Below are positions 9,147-19,396 of a stretch of 64,000 nt of DNA, piece after piece. The stretch covers positions 1 to 64,000 of the forward strand of contig RDOC01000003.1 in assembly GCA_011364985.1 (NCBI GenBank), in the 5' to 3' direction. The position numbers and the translations under genes are program-made. The stretch is from Candidatus Thorarchaeota archaeon (GTDB lineage Archaea > Asgardarchaeota > Thorarchaeia > Thorarchaeales > Thorarchaeaceae). The notes beneath the pieces are model-generated. The model did no database searches and was not told the origin of the DNA. It worked only from the letters and a program-made list of their open reading frames with translations. Position 1 is the stretch's first letter. Each line of letters opens with the position of its first letter.

Positions 9147-10467
9147 AGAGAAGGATGCACTGGATTTGGCAGTCAGTTCCTATGAAACAACAGAGTTCTA
9201 TAGATGGTTCTATGACAAGCACAAGATTGATCCGTATAAGACGACGTATGATGCACTTCCTATTCTCCGTAGAAATGAGATATTCGAGTATCAGGAACTC
9301 ACAGGAAAGCCTTACTATGGTATGGATATCCCAGATACCGATCTAATCAGATTGGAGACTTCCGGATCAACAGGAAGACCTCTTCAAGTAATCTATACGA
9401 AAGAAAGATGGGAAAAGGCGTACGGGATTCTTCGACACGGTTTTGACCAATTTGGAATACATAAGAAGATCTTCACGTACCATTCCATTCCACTCGAAAA
9501 GATGCTTGAACCTCTTATGAGTACATGGGGCTTGGAAACGAAATTCATTTCATCTTCAGATATGCTTGACGTGAAGCTTGTAAGGGATGCCATAAAAGCA
9601 GAGAAGCCCGACGTGATTTACGACGCGACAGGCCGATGGCTTCTCCATCTGCTTGAAGGTGGTTTACCACTAGGAGAAATGGGTGTGAAAGCTTTCCTGA
9701 TAATGAGAGCTGACAATCACGACATACAAACGCTCAGGGAGAAAGGGATGAATCTGCTGTTCTTTCTTCCATCAACAGATCTCGGGTGCATTGCTTGTTC
9801 GTGCCCTCATTCAGTGAGCTTTCATCTCGCTGAAGAGCCACTGTTTCATGTTTCCAGTAATGATAGACTGGATTCAGTGGGAGAAGGAGAGCTGGTAGCT
9901 ACATTCCCATTTTCTATCCTTCCCCTGATTAAGTACACCAACAACGACTATGTTAGACTTGTCAAAAAGGATTGTATATGTGGTTTTTCAGGTCGATTTC
10001 TGCAATTCATCGGTAGGTCAATGCAAGTCAAGGTGCCAGATGTTGAGGGATGGTACGTCGACGTAGACAAGGTGTACCACGAGTTCTTTGACAGATACAA
10101 GAAGCCCATACTAATGATGTTTATGACTGCAAGAATCAAAGGAAGAGGAAAAGCAGTTGATATGCTTGCGACATTCATCGAAAGCCACGAATCCAAAGAC
10201 CCCATCCTAAGATACGACCTTTCTAATGACGTTGTTTCTGTTGGAACTGGGAAATACCTTCCTGATTTGGTCGATGTGCTTCCCGTGATTATTGTTCCCA
10301 GCGGGAGCATTCCCATTATTGATAAGAAAGGGACAAAACCAAGAATGTTCCTCGATATCCGCGCAAGAACTCCTCAACAGGAATACAATGCCTTGATTGA
10401 AACGCTGAATGAACTTGCATCAGCGAAGATTCAATTCGAAGATCAATCCAAAACTAGCAATCTATGA
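9139..10467 (+). CDS. Phenylacetate-CoA ligase (PaaK)-like adenylate-forming enzyme
   Basis: TSGSTGRP, GEGELVAT, PLIKY..ND, CICG motifs; overlaps the rSAM stop. Confidence 0.8.
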   Translation: MFEEKDALDLAVSSYETTEFYRWFYDKHKIDPYKTTYDALPILRRNEIFEYQELTGKPYYGMDIPDTDLIRLETSGSTGRPLQVIYTKERWEKAYGILRHGFDQFGIHKKIFTYHSIPLEKMLEPLMSTWGLETKFISSSDMLDVKLVRDAIKAEKPDVIYDATGRWLLHLLEGGLPLGEMGVKAFLIMRADNHDIQTLREKGMNLLFFLPSTDLGCIACSCPHSVSFHLAEEPLFHVSSNDRLDSVGEGELVATFPFSILPLIKYTNNDYVRLVKKDCICGFSGRFLQFIGRSMQVKVPDVEGWYVDVDKVYHEFFDRYKKPILMMFMTARIKGRGKAVDMLATFIESHESKDPILRYDLSNDVVSVGTGKYLPDLVDVLPVIIVPSGSIPIIDKKGTKPRMFLDIRARTPQQEYNALIETLNELASAKIQFEDQSKTSNL

Positions 10468-10493
10468 GAGGCTCAATATGAGGAGAATGATTA

Positions 10494-10943
10494 ATGATGA
10501 GTAAAATCAAGAAGATCATTTTTGAAGAGAAGTGGAAAGGGCTGGGGAGTATCTACGCCTTCACTTATGCGTGCCTAGTGGCATATTTGGAAGCAATGTA
10601 CGGCAAACAAGATGTTGATAAATTCCTAGATTTTATGGCAGACCAAGCAAAGCCCTTGTACGCTCCTCTGAAAGGGAAAAGTGTTGAAGAGGCATCCGAC
10701 ATGTTGTTCAGTGCTGGACAATCCTTCTTTGATATCCTTGATTCGAAAACAGCTTCTGATAGACATTCCATTGTTACATCATGCCTTATGAGAAACTTAT
10801 TGAAAGAAATGCATCTTCGCTCAGATTTGATATGCACTTTCTGCGAACAAGTCCTAAGACCCGCGATCTATGCAGCCTCAGACTATGAAATGCAGATTGA
10901 TAGGACAGCAGGAGAGTGCAAGATATCCCTGAGTCGATCCTAA
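10494..10943 (+). CDS. V4R / ATC-hydrolase-like small Cys-containing protein
   Basis: TSCLM...ICTFCE...GECKI Cys spacing; last gene of the operon. Confidence 0.5.
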   Translation: MMSKIKKIIFEEKWKGLGSIYAFTYACLVAYLEAMYGKQDVDKFLDFMADQAKPLYAPLKGKSVEEASDMLFSAGQSFFDILDSKTASDRHSIVTSCLMRNLLKEMHLRSDLICTFCEQVLRPAIYAASDYEMQIDRTAGECKISLSRS

Positions 10944-11313
10944 TTGGTATCCCGATAGGTAACTTCGACGACGAGGAACGCGAAGCAAATTAGAACTATC
11001 GTTGGAAGAGAAGATGATCACCAGGAATTGGGAAGAGCATTTGCTCCATCTCTGTTCCATTGTTTCATCCCATTTCTCAAGAAAAAGCATAGAATCTGAT
11101 GCCACAGCTCTTTCTGTTATACATGTTGCAACAATGAGTGAAAAGCGCTTTACGAAGAATCATATTTGGTTTTCTAGATAAAACATAAGTAGTAGAAAGC
11201 ATCAAGGATATTGTTGAAGAGATTCACTAGACTCTACTAGAGTGAGCATTGAATCTTTGATTCTACTCCACAATTCTTTTAACCGTTCACGAGCGAGAGG
11301 CGAAGCACAGCAT

Positions 11314-11450
11314 GGGCCGGTAGATCAGCTCGGTTGTTCCGTTCATTCGTGTGCGGAGCAGGCAGAGATCGCTTCCTTGGCACTTGTCAAGGATTAGCCT
11401 GACTTCCAAAATGGAAGAGGTCGCGTGTTCGAATCACGCCCGGTCCACCA
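11314..11450 (+). tRNA. tRNA-Ala(GGC) with two introns (D-loop ~11335-11365; 37/38 at 11383-11411)
   Basis: GGGCCGG/CCGGTCC acceptor with G3:U70, CTTCC-TTGGCA..T-GGAAG anticodon arm, TTCGAAT loop, ACCA; TTTTTAA upstream. Confidence 0.9.
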
Positions 11451-11677
11451 CTTTTTATTCCTAATCCTCCCATTTCCAGCCAACTTTGGTGTATCTTGGA
11501 AGCTGCCCCGTTTTTCTATAAATTTTCTCACATTTGGCACAAATCTTACGTCCAGACCATCCTGGAGAGAAATCATGGGTTGCGTCTTTCTCTCTAATCT
11601 TTCTTCCACAGCCGTAACAATTAATCCACTTACTCACTAATTATTCCCACAAGTGAGTTGAATTGCCTGATAAAAAG

Positions 11678-11785
11678 CTCTTCGCACTTGTGGCGCACTT
11701 CGCGTGCATCCAAAGTGGAGGAGGTCGCGAAACTCCGTGTATCTTTCGACACGGGGCGCGAATTCGAATCTCGCCCGGTCCACCA
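11678..11785 (+). pseudogene. Decayed 3' portion of a second tRNA-Ala with two introns (37/38 and 53/54)
   Basis: Ends TTCGAATCTCGCCCGGTCCACCA; no 5' half; G53 appears mutated to A. Confidence 0.7.
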
Positions 11786-11894
11786 TTATTTCTCTATTCA
11801 CTTACCGTTGAGTGTTTCGCTAATTTGCAAATATATTTTTATCAAAGGTCTGACTTATCGTGTAAGGTATCGTTTATTTAGGGAGGACTATGCA

Positions 11895-12845
11895 TTGGCT
11901 AAAACCATTAGATTGGGCACCTATAATGTAAATAATCTGTTTGACAGGTTTGACGACCCGTATAACTTCAGTGATGACCCATGGAGGGAAAGGTTCGCAT
12001 CAAAGCCCAAGAAGCTTGAAGACCTCTACAACCTAGGACAGAGGATTCTGAAGAGTGAAGTAGACATCCTAGCACTGCAAGAAATTGAATCACTTGGTGC
12101 ATTAAAGGAATTTGTTGCGGGTCATCTTGGAAAGAAAGATTTCAAGGAATATGGCATTGTGAGTGTTTCGGGCAATGATCCACGGGGAATAGATCTAGGA
12201 GTTATTAGCAAGTATCCATTGGGTGAAGTTACAAGTCACCGATTTCATAGACATGAGGGAACCTGGATCTTCTCACGTGACTGCCTAGAGGTGGAGATTT
12301 TGGACAAAGCAGGAGGACAGCCTTTTCTCACACTTTTTGTTTCGCACCTGAAATCACAATTCTCGGAACATAAAATCGGAACAACTGAGTGGAAGAAGGA
12401 TAAGGAAGAGAACGATGCAAAACGAAAACGGCAGCTGGAAAAGACACTTGACATCGTGAAGCGCTCAGGGAAAGACACCTATGCGATTCTTGGTGACTTT
12501 AATGACTCTCCGGAATCTCCTTCTATCAAGTGGTTTATTGACGCAAATGTAGGTGTTGGCAATGGTATTGAACTATTTGATGCTCTAGCAACAATTCGTT
12601 GTAAGCCTGAATTCGAACCATATACCGGAGAGGATTCTCCAAAAAAGCGGAAACGTGATACGCACAAATGGGAGAAGGACAAAGAGAAAGGACACGAGGA
12701 AACCACGTACAGCCAACTGGATTACATATTCCTCTCGGGAAATCTACAACAAGCATTCAAGTCTGCACAAATCGAACAGAGCTGGTATACGAGCGGTTCT
12801 GACCACTATCTATGTTATGCTGATGTGAAATTCGCCAATCTTTAG
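11895..12845 (+). CDS. Endonuclease/exonuclease/phosphatase (EEP) family protein
   Basis: TYNVNNLF, LQEIE, GDFND, LDYI, SDH motifs; GGAGG RBS before TTG 11895. Confidence 0.88.
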   Translation: MAKTIRLGTYNVNNLFDRFDDPYNFSDDPWRERFASKPKKLEDLYNLGQRILKSEVDILALQEIESLGALKEFVAGHLGKKDFKEYGIVSVSGNDPRGIDLGVISKYPLGEVTSHRFHRHEGTWIFSRDCLEVEILDKAGGQPFLTLFVSHLKSQFSEHKIGTTEWKKDKEENDAKRKRQLEKTLDIVKRSGKDTYAILGDFNDSPESPSIKWFIDANVGVGNGIELFDALATIRCKPEFEPYTGEDSPKKRKRDTHKWEKDKEKGHEETTYSQLDYIFLSGNLQQAFKSAQIEQSWYTSGSDHYLCYADVKFANL

Positions 12846-12997
12846 AGTTCGAACACAGAGGGAGCACTAATGCTGAGCAACAATCCGATGATAGAGTGGT
12901 TGTGGAAAATGGGTATGGTTTTTGATGACTTCGAATGAGAAACTATGCACTCCATTCTCTTCATTCTATTCCTAGTAGTTCATCTCTTGGTCAAATG

Positions 12998-13465
12998 CTA
13001 TATCTCTGAGAGAACCACGCTAGTAACTGTCCTCTCCAGGCCTTCGATGTTTCTCAATGTAAAGATCACAAAGTCATTCAACGTGTCAACATCTTTCACT
13101 GCCGCTTTCACAATCAAGTCATTGTTTCCAGTCACTATGGACACTCCTTCGACTTCTGGCAGCTCCTTTATCATCTGAGCGACTTCAAATTGATTGATTT
13201 TGTCCCCCCTTGTTGAGCGATAAGACACTGTACACAGGATATAGGCAACCAAACCCTTCTCAATCTTCTTTCCATCAGTTTCTATCGTGAATCGCTTGAT
13301 GACTTCTTTTTCAGTCAGTTTCTTGATTCTGTTGTGGACTGTTGTTTGAGGCATTTCGAGTTCTTTAGACATCTCTTTGGTGGTCATTCGAGAGTTCGCT
13401 TTGAGTAGAGCCAAAATTCTGAAGTCCTTGTCATCCAGATCGTTCATGATGGAAGTATTTTCCAT
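12998..13465 (-). CDS. Lrp/AsnC family regulator
   Basis: LDDKDFRILALLKANSR HTH plus RAM domain; divergent from asparagine synthetase. Confidence 0.92.
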   Translation of the reverse strand: MENTSIMNDLDDKDFRILALLKANSRMTTKEMSKELEMPQTTVHNRIKKLTEKEVIKRFTIETDGKKIEKGLVAYILCTVSYRSTRGDKINQFEVAQMIKELPEVEGVSIVTGNNDLIVKAAVKDVDTLNDFVIFTLRNIEGLERTVTSVVLSEI

Positions 13466-13571
13466 CAGACCGTATTTATCTTGCTATTATTGCTATTATT
13501 TCCGATTTTACTTGCAAGACCTTTTCTTTGGCTGTTATTCTTAGTAGCAAAAGACGAGATGTGCTATTAAC

Positions 13572-14504
13572 ATGATTCGTTCATCAATCTTGATGCCAAA
13601 TGCTATACATCTACAAAAGGAGAATTTCATAGAGATATTCAAAATACAGACTGAGGCACTGATTGCGATTCATGAGTTCCTATATCAGCATGGGTTCCTT
13701 CAGCTCATGCCCGTAATAGTGTCTCCAATTACAGATCCACTATGTCATTCTGTATATGAAGCAAATATCGAATATCTCAACCAGAAACTCCAGCTTACAA
13801 AGAGTATGGCTTTGCATAAGCAAATCGCAATTTCCGCCTTGGATACCAAAGGAATCTACATAGTATCCCCAAATGTTCGATTAGAGAAAGACATCCAGAG
13901 TGATAATCATCTTTTAGAGTTCTCACAACTCGATATAGAGTTGAAAGGTGCGTCAGCACGAGAGTTTATGTCATTCATGGAAGAGCTAATTGTCTATACC
14001 TTCTCAAGAGTAAGAGATAGATGCAAAGAAGAAATAACGTTGTTAAGAGTCCCAATCAAGACCCCCAAGACGCCATTTCAGCTCTACTCAAGCTGGGATC
14101 TTAGGAGTGAGTTTGGTACAGAGTTTGGGTTTCAGATTTCTCAACGTGAAGACAATTTGTTCTGGATAACTGATTTCGAGAGAGAGTTCTATGACAAAGA
14201 GAACGAGTCTAGAAAGGGGCACTACTTCAATTATGACTTATACTACCCAGAGGGATATGGCGAAGCGCTCTCTGGTGGAGAACGGGACTATAAATATGAT
14301 GTAATTGTCAGGAAACTTGAGGAGAGAAATCAGAGTCCAGAGGATTTTGCTCCCTATCTCGAATTAGCAAAGGCCGATTTACTGGGTCCTAGTGCCGGTG
14401 GAGGGCTAGGCATTGAAAGGCTCGTTCGCTTCCTTACGAAGAGACCCCATATTAAGGAAATCACATTATTTCCGAAGGTGCCTGGAGAGAAAATATTCCT
14501 GTAG
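13572..14504 (+). CDS. asnA: Archaeal asparagine synthetase A (AsnRS-related, lacks the anticodon domain)
   Basis: SPITDPL, LTKSMALHKQ, SPNVRLE, HLLEFSQLDIE, GEALSGGER, GGGLGIERL. Confidence 0.88.
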   Translation: MIRSSILMPNAIHLQKENFIEIFKIQTEALIAIHEFLYQHGFLQLMPVIVSPITDPLCHSVYEANIEYLNQKLQLTKSMALHKQIAISALDTKGIYIVSPNVRLEKDIQSDNHLLEFSQLDIELKGASAREFMSFMEELIVYTFSRVRDRCKEEITLLRVPIKTPKTPFQLYSSWDLRSEFGTEFGFQISQREDNLFWITDFEREFYDKENESRKGHYFNYDLYYPEGYGEALSGGERDYKYDVIVRKLEERNQSPEDFAPYLELAKADLLGPSAGGGLGIERLVRFLTKRPHIKEITLFPKVPGEKIFL

Positions 14505-14587
14505 AGTCCAACTAACGATCAGTTCCTACATTCTATCTTGGCATTGAAGAGGTTGTATATTCGAATCTAGACTGGTCCTCCAAGAAA

Positions 14588-15346
14588 TCAGCCTTGCTCC
14601 ATTTTTACCATAAGGTCTGCCAAGAATTCAATATTGCGATCAAGCTCCTTCTTCCTGCATAGATTCCCATGTCCAGGACAAATCAATTCGATATCGAGAT
14701 TCTTGAGTCGTTCCAGTTGCGAAATCCAAACCTGCCACTCTTCGGGGCCGCCGAATCTTGTAGTCAATGGTAAACCTTCGTACACTGTATCTCCAGCAAA
14801 TAGTGTCCTTGAAGATGGATGATAGACTGAGATACTACTAGGAACATGACCAGGAGTTACTAGAAGCTGGATTTCAGTACCAATGTGCAAAGTGGTGTCG
14901 ACATCTATCAGTAAATCAGGTACTGAGAGCCAAACATCTCCCAGTATTCTATCCGCCTCTTCAGAGCTCCAGTTCATGAGATTCCTGATAAACTGCTTGT
15001 ATTTGCCATTATCATTCTCGAGAAACTTGCAGGTGGCAGAATGTGCAATTACCTTTGAGCCTTGTTCCTTCATCACACGCATACCGAAGACGTGGTCGGA
15101 GTGATGATGTGTGAGTATAAGATAGAGGGGCCTGTCGCCCCCAATTTTGGACTGCGCTACGTTCCAGATGAATTGGGCTGATGCAATCGTCATACCTGAA
15201 TCAATAAAGGCTATTGCTTCTGGAGACGAGATAATTCCTGCATTTGTTCCCATTCCTCCAGACACATGGTAAAGCCCAGTGATAGCATAGACTCCATCCC
15301 GAATAGTGTGAACCTTTGGATTACTGAGACCTCTGCTGTCTTTCAT
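14588..15346 (-). CDS. MBL-fold metallo-hydrolase
   Basis: THHHSDH, PGH, AGD, PGHG motifs. Confidence 0.9.
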   Translation of the reverse strand: MKDSRGLSNPKVHTIRDGVYAITGLYHVSGGMGTNAGIISSPEAIAFIDSGMTIASAQFIWNVAQSKIGGDRPLYLILTHHHSDHVFGMRVMKEQGSKVIAHSATCKFLENDNGKYKQFIRNLMNWSSEEADRILGDVWLSVPDLLIDVDTTLHIGTEIQLLVTPGHVPSSISVYHPSSRTLFAGDTVYEGLPLTTRFGGPEEWQVWISQLERLKNLDIELICPGHGNLCRKKELDRNIEFLADLMVKMEQG

Positions 15347-15491
15347 TTACCTCGGTATTGAATAGATGGTAAGTGACTTATTGCTATCGATTATAGCAGA
15401 TCCATCCCCGGAATTCCCATTATTCTGTTGTACATTGAGAGTAGTCATCACAGCAAGGGCTTGAGTTGACTAGGGAAAACTCTGGGCGAAC

Positions 15492-16148
15492 CTAGCTGTT
15501 CCCATAAATCTCCCCAGTCTCAAGGAGTTTCATGAATTTCTCCCTTTGTTCCTTGGTGACACAGTTAAGGACGCAGCCGAAATTTGGGCAGCTTGAACAA
15601 CTCCAATGGCGTAGCGTTGTGAGAAATGCCACAGTCACCAGAAAGTAAGCCAATAGCCATTCAATCCGGTCCCAAAGGTAGAGAAAAGGAAACAAAAATG
15701 CGATTCCAATGCCCCACACGAGAAACACAACTCTGCCGGCGGTGTTTACAGGAGTGGCATCATACTTGAAGACTTTTGGGCTGGCCCAGTTGGCAAGACA
15801 GTAGAACCTCTTCTCATTCCCATGTTCTTTGCCTGAATACTCATAGCAGGGGCAATGTCTACACAAGACATACCATTCAATTCCACCTGCAAAGAACAAC
15901 ATCGAAACGAGAAGCAGAATCGGAATCATAATCATGGATTCTGACAGGACAAAGGAATCGAATCCCAAGAAGCTTCCGATGTCAAAGGAGAGACCCAAGT
16001 AGGCAATACTGGACCCGGTCATTCCGATATAAGCTACGATCATTGTTGTAAAAGAAATTGTTCCGAACCAGCGTGCATCTTTACCGTTATATCGTGCATG
16101 AATTCCACAGCAAATCGTTTGTCTTTCTTCAATACCGCTATCAGACAT
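15492..16148 (-). CDS. Cys-rich membrane protein
   Basis: 4 TM segments, CRHCPCY and CSSCPNFGCVLN; start moved to ATG 16148. Confidence 0.65.
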   Translation of the reverse strand: MSDSGIEERQTICCGIHARYNGKDARWFGTISFTTMIVAYIGMTGSSIAYLGLSFDIGSFLGFDSFVLSESMIMIPILLLVSMLFFAGGIEWYVLCRHCPCYEYSGKEHGNEKRFYCLANWASPKVFKYDATPVNTAGRVVFLVWGIGIAFLFPFLYLWDRIEWLLAYFLVTVAFLTTLRHWSCSSCPNFGCVLNCVTKEQREKFMKLLETGEIYGNS

Positions 16149-16328
16149 TTTGTCACTCTTCTGAAAAAGAAATCCTGTCTGAGAAAAAGAAACGCAAGAT
16201 GATATTAAAGACTCTGGGTTTTTGTTGTCAGATTCAATCAGAATAAGCTCAAATCCTTCCAAGAAGAACTTAAGAGTGAATAAGGGAATCAGAACAAAGC
16301 ACTCCCTAATCCGGAGGGACAATATCAA

Positions 16329-16532
16329 TTGCAGTTTGCGCAACCAGAATACATGGATACATTCTTTCAGTACATTTTCGGTTTCTTTGACCAGCTCTTC
16401 TCGACACCACTGCAGCCTTGGATTCCTTGGGGTCCCGGTGATTGGTTCTTTGTCATCTATACACTCTTTTGGATCGTTGTGGTTGTAGCAGTACGAAGAC
16501 GGGGCGGAAGAAGAGCAACCTATCAGGTGTAG
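16329..16532 (+). CDS. Small single-TM protein
   Basis: GGAGGG RBS; TM helix followed by RRRGGRR. Confidence 0.5.
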   Translation: MQFAQPEYMDTFFQYIFGFFDQLFSTPLQPWIPWGPGDWFFVIYTLFWIVVVVAVRRRGGRRATYQV

Positions 16533-16646
16533 CCAGCTGTGCCGCAAGATACTGCGGTACATACAATAGGTGGTTCGAAGCCTTGGAACGCCGTACTTTC
16601 GACCAAAAAGAATCAGACAAAGAATAAGGAAGGCGGCGTATAGTAG

Positions 16647-17240
16647 ATGGAAAAGCTATTGCTTGAGATTCCCTCAGAATTGGAGACAGAGCATCTGATT
16701 CTGAGAAGATACAAGAAAGATGATGGCACTCAACTCCTTGCGTTATTCGAGAGAAATGAGAACCGACAAAACCTCAAGGAAGCCGTAGATGAAGCCAGCG
16801 AAATAACAACTGAAAAAGAGGCTGAGATAAGGATTAGAGATATGCGGGCACAGTGGATAGGTCGGAAGAGATTTGTTATGGGAATTTGGCTGAAGACATC
16901 TCATCTATACATTGGAGAGATTTGGATCGAGCCCAAGAAATGGGAGGTTCCATCCTTCGAGCTTGGGTATTTCTTGGATTCGGGGTATTGGAACATGGGC
17001 TTCGCCAAGGAGGCTTGCCTTCGTTCCATGGAATTCATCTTCAATGATTTGGACGCACATAAGATAATCATCATTACTCGTGACACCAACGAACGAAGTT
17101 ACAGATTAGCAGAGGCACTCGGGTTCACCAAGGAAGGGCATCACCGTGAGGCGAGTTACAAGGATGGAAAGCGCTGGGGATTACTCTATTACGGCATGCT
17201 AAGAATTGAGTTTGATAAGCTGAACCGGAATGGGGAATGA
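16647..17240 (+). CDS. GNAT N-acetyltransferase (RimJ/RimL-like)
   Basis: LETEHLILR, ELGYFL...YWNMGFAKEA, NERSYRLAEALGF. Confidence 0.9.
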   Translation: MEKLLLEIPSELETEHLILRRYKKDDGTQLLALFERNENRQNLKEAVDEASEITTEKEAEIRIRDMRAQWIGRKRFVMGIWLKTSHLYIGEIWIEPKKWEVPSFELGYFLDSGYWNMGFAKEACLRSMEFIFNDLDAHKIIIITRDTNERSYRLAEALGFTKEGHHREASYKDGKRWGLLYYGMLRIEFDKLNRNGE

Positions 17241-17808
17241 CATGAAGGAGAACTCGTCCTTTGTTACTCCAATTCAGTTAATAGATTTAGAACCCATACC
17301 CGGAAGGGAATCCATTCTTGATATAGGTGGAGGAGGAGAGGGACTGGTATCCCGCCTGGAAGGGCAGCGAGTCTTCGCCGTGGACATTCGCTTTGACAAG
17401 ATTCAGGAAGCGCGATTATATGATGTTCACTCACAATGGATTCTTGCTGATGCACGTAGTATCTGTTTTCAGGATGCTTCATTCAATGTAGCATCATTCT
17501 GGTTTTCGTTAGGATATTTCCACAGCTTCAAGTTGAAATTCGCAGCCCTTGCAGAAGCGTTCAGATGCATGAAAGAAGGCGGTTTGCTGTCAATCATTGC
17601 AGCCAAAATCGCTAACAAAGAGGAAAAACACGTCTTCAATGCTCATTTCGTTTTTCCTAATGGATCAATTTCGCAAATCGGGTTTGGAGTCAGAGGAAAG
17701 CAGAATCAAAACGTGGCCATCATTAGCCAATTGGTCAGGAGTGCTGGCTTCAAGGTTATCGGTTCGGAGAGGCATAAGTATTGGTTTAGAATTGAAGCTC
17801 TAAAGTGA
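17230..17808 (+). CDS. Class I SAM-dependent methyltransferase
   Basis: ILDIGGGGEG, ADARSICFQDASF. Confidence 0.85.
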   Translation: MGNDMKENSSFVTPIQLIDLEPIPGRESILDIGGGGEGLVSRLEGQRVFAVDIRFDKIQEARLYDVHSQWILADARSICFQDASFNVASFWFSLGYFHSFKLKFAALAEAFRCMKEGGLLSIIAAKIANKEEKHVFNAHFVFPNGSISQIGFGVRGKQNQNVAIISQLVRSAGFKVIGSERHKYWFRIEALK

Positions 17809-17892
17809 AGACATCTAGGAACTTGGATTCCAAAAGCTTAAAGTGGAGTCAAATTTTCTGAGCGACTAATTCAATAGACAGGATAGAGAACA

Positions 17893-18411
17893 ATGAGCCT
17901 TGCAGTATGGTGGAAACGTGGAAGCAAGCCCGGGCTTATATTGATATTCGTTGGATTAGCTGGACTTGTTCAGATTCCAGTTCTTTGGCATGCACAGACA
18001 TACATTCAAGTATTGAGTGCAGAACTCCAGCTACTGGTTGCTCTTGGAGCCATGGCCGTTCTTGCAGGGTCCTTTGTACTCATGGCGGAGGCAATGTATC
18101 GCTGGGCCCATATTGTGTCAAAAAGAAAGGTCAGGAAAAGAGACAAAGCAAAGAAGAACTGGCTGAAGACCTTGTCGGAGTTTGCAAGGTCCTCGTCAGA
18201 TATGCCTGCCTTCACAGGCGTTGCCCTATTGACCTGCATCTTCCTGATGGTATACTTAGTCCCATTTGGGGTTGCAGATAATGTCAATGTTCCTTCAGTC
18301 CTAGCAACCCTATCATTTCTTGATTCGCTCTTCATCTATCCCATCGCAGTGAACGCATCAGCAATCACCTGTGCAGTCATTGCCAGTTACATGAACTACA
18401 AGATAAAATGA
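17893..18411 (+). CDS. Hypothetical membrane protein
   Basis: 4 TM segments; upstream TTAAA box. Confidence 0.65.
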   Translation: MSLAVWWKRGSKPGLILIFVGLAGLVQIPVLWHAQTYIQVLSAELQLLVALGAMAVLAGSFVLMAEAMYRWAHIVSKRKVRKRDKAKKNWLKTLSEFARSSSDMPAFTGVALLTCIFLMVYLVPFGVADNVNVPSVLATLSFLDSLFIYPIAVNASAITCAVIASYMNYKIK

Positions 18412-18493
18412 AACCTACCTCTTGCCAGTGTACTGCATTTGTTATGGTCGTTATCTTTATATCCAGAGGGCCAAAGTTCGAGAAACAACCTCT

Positions 18494-18600
18494 GCCGCGG
18501 TAGATCAGCCAGGGAGATCGCACGGCTGAAGACCGTGTTGTCGCCGGTTCACATTGATTCAATTCGAATCAGTGGCCGAAAAATCCGGCCCGCGGCACCA
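18494..18600 (+). tRNA. tRNA-Phe(GAA) with a T-loop intron (18551-18580, position 56/57)
   Basis: GCCGCGG/CCGCGGC acceptor, CACGG-CTGAAGA-CCGTG arm, BHB-flanked hairpin in the T-loop, ACCA. Confidence 0.92.
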
Positions 18601-18603
18601 TCT

Positions 18604-19251
18604 TTAATTTGTTTTTGATTCTTCCATAGGTTCTCTTGATTTCCAATTCAGTGCCCTATGGACTGCCACAAAGACAATTCCTAAGAGTGGTGTGGTGGCA
18701 ATGGGTACGTTCACCCACGTGGTCTCGTCACTAAAAACCCAAATCGCTAGGAACCACCAGAAAATGGAAAGCATGCAGCCTATGGCAAGATGCATCAGAA
18801 AGTCAACATAACGCTGTGGGTGCGATAGCATATTCATCTGTAGGAGGATGATACCTATGATAATCCAGAACGGTAGAGAAATGGGGAGGAATCTTAGCCT
18901 AAAGAAGTAATCGAAGTCACCGATGGGGAAGTACCACCATTGAGTAGAGTATCCGGGGGGAGGATATGCAGGAGGCTCATACACGATTGGAGCTGGGTTA
19001 TAGTGGTAGGAATATGGAATCGTGCATGCTATGCTAAGAAACACAATAGGTAACACTGATTGTTTCAAGAATCTGTCCTCCTCGTTGGGCAAAGTGATAA
19101 TGAAACACATAGCAAATAGAAGCAGAAGTGGCAGATTTCGCCAAGTTCTTAGAATCTCATCAATATCCAATAGAATGCCCAAGGAAATAACTAGGAGTAT
19201 TGAAATTATGCATAGTAGCTTGAATCGTCCTACAAGACCGATTTGAATCAT
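18604..19251 (-). CDS. Hypothetical membrane protein
   Basis: About 6 TM segments. Confidence 0.6.
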   Translation of the reverse strand: MIQIGLVGRFKLLCIISILLVISLGILLDIDEILRTWRNLPLLLLFAMCFIITLPNEEDRFLKQSVLPIVFLSIACTIPYSYHYNPAPIVYEPPAYPPPGYSTQWWYFPIGDFDYFFRLRFLPISLPFWIIIGIILLQMNMLSHPQRYVDFLMHLAIGCMLSIFWWFLAIWVFSDETTWVNVPIATTPLLGIVFVAVHRALNWKSREPMEESKTN

Positions 19252-19396
19252 CCTAACCGCATCCTACTTCAAATCCATCACGATATATGGTTTTGCAGGA
19301 CGTGAATGCTTTCAAATCACATCCATGGCACAATCATTACCAATCAGCATAAGTGAGGCCATCAGCATCTGAAACCGTTTCATAATTCGAAGAAAA

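Noticed and set aside
11658-11894. Long N-terminus of the EEP nuclease in the ORF track
   Set aside because: It reads through the tRNA-Ala pseudogene; the RBS supports TTG 11895
16149-16562. N-terminal 138 aa of ORF 15492-16562
   Set aside because: Overlaps the divergent promoter region and a plausible plus-strand small gene; ATG 16148 is the likelier start
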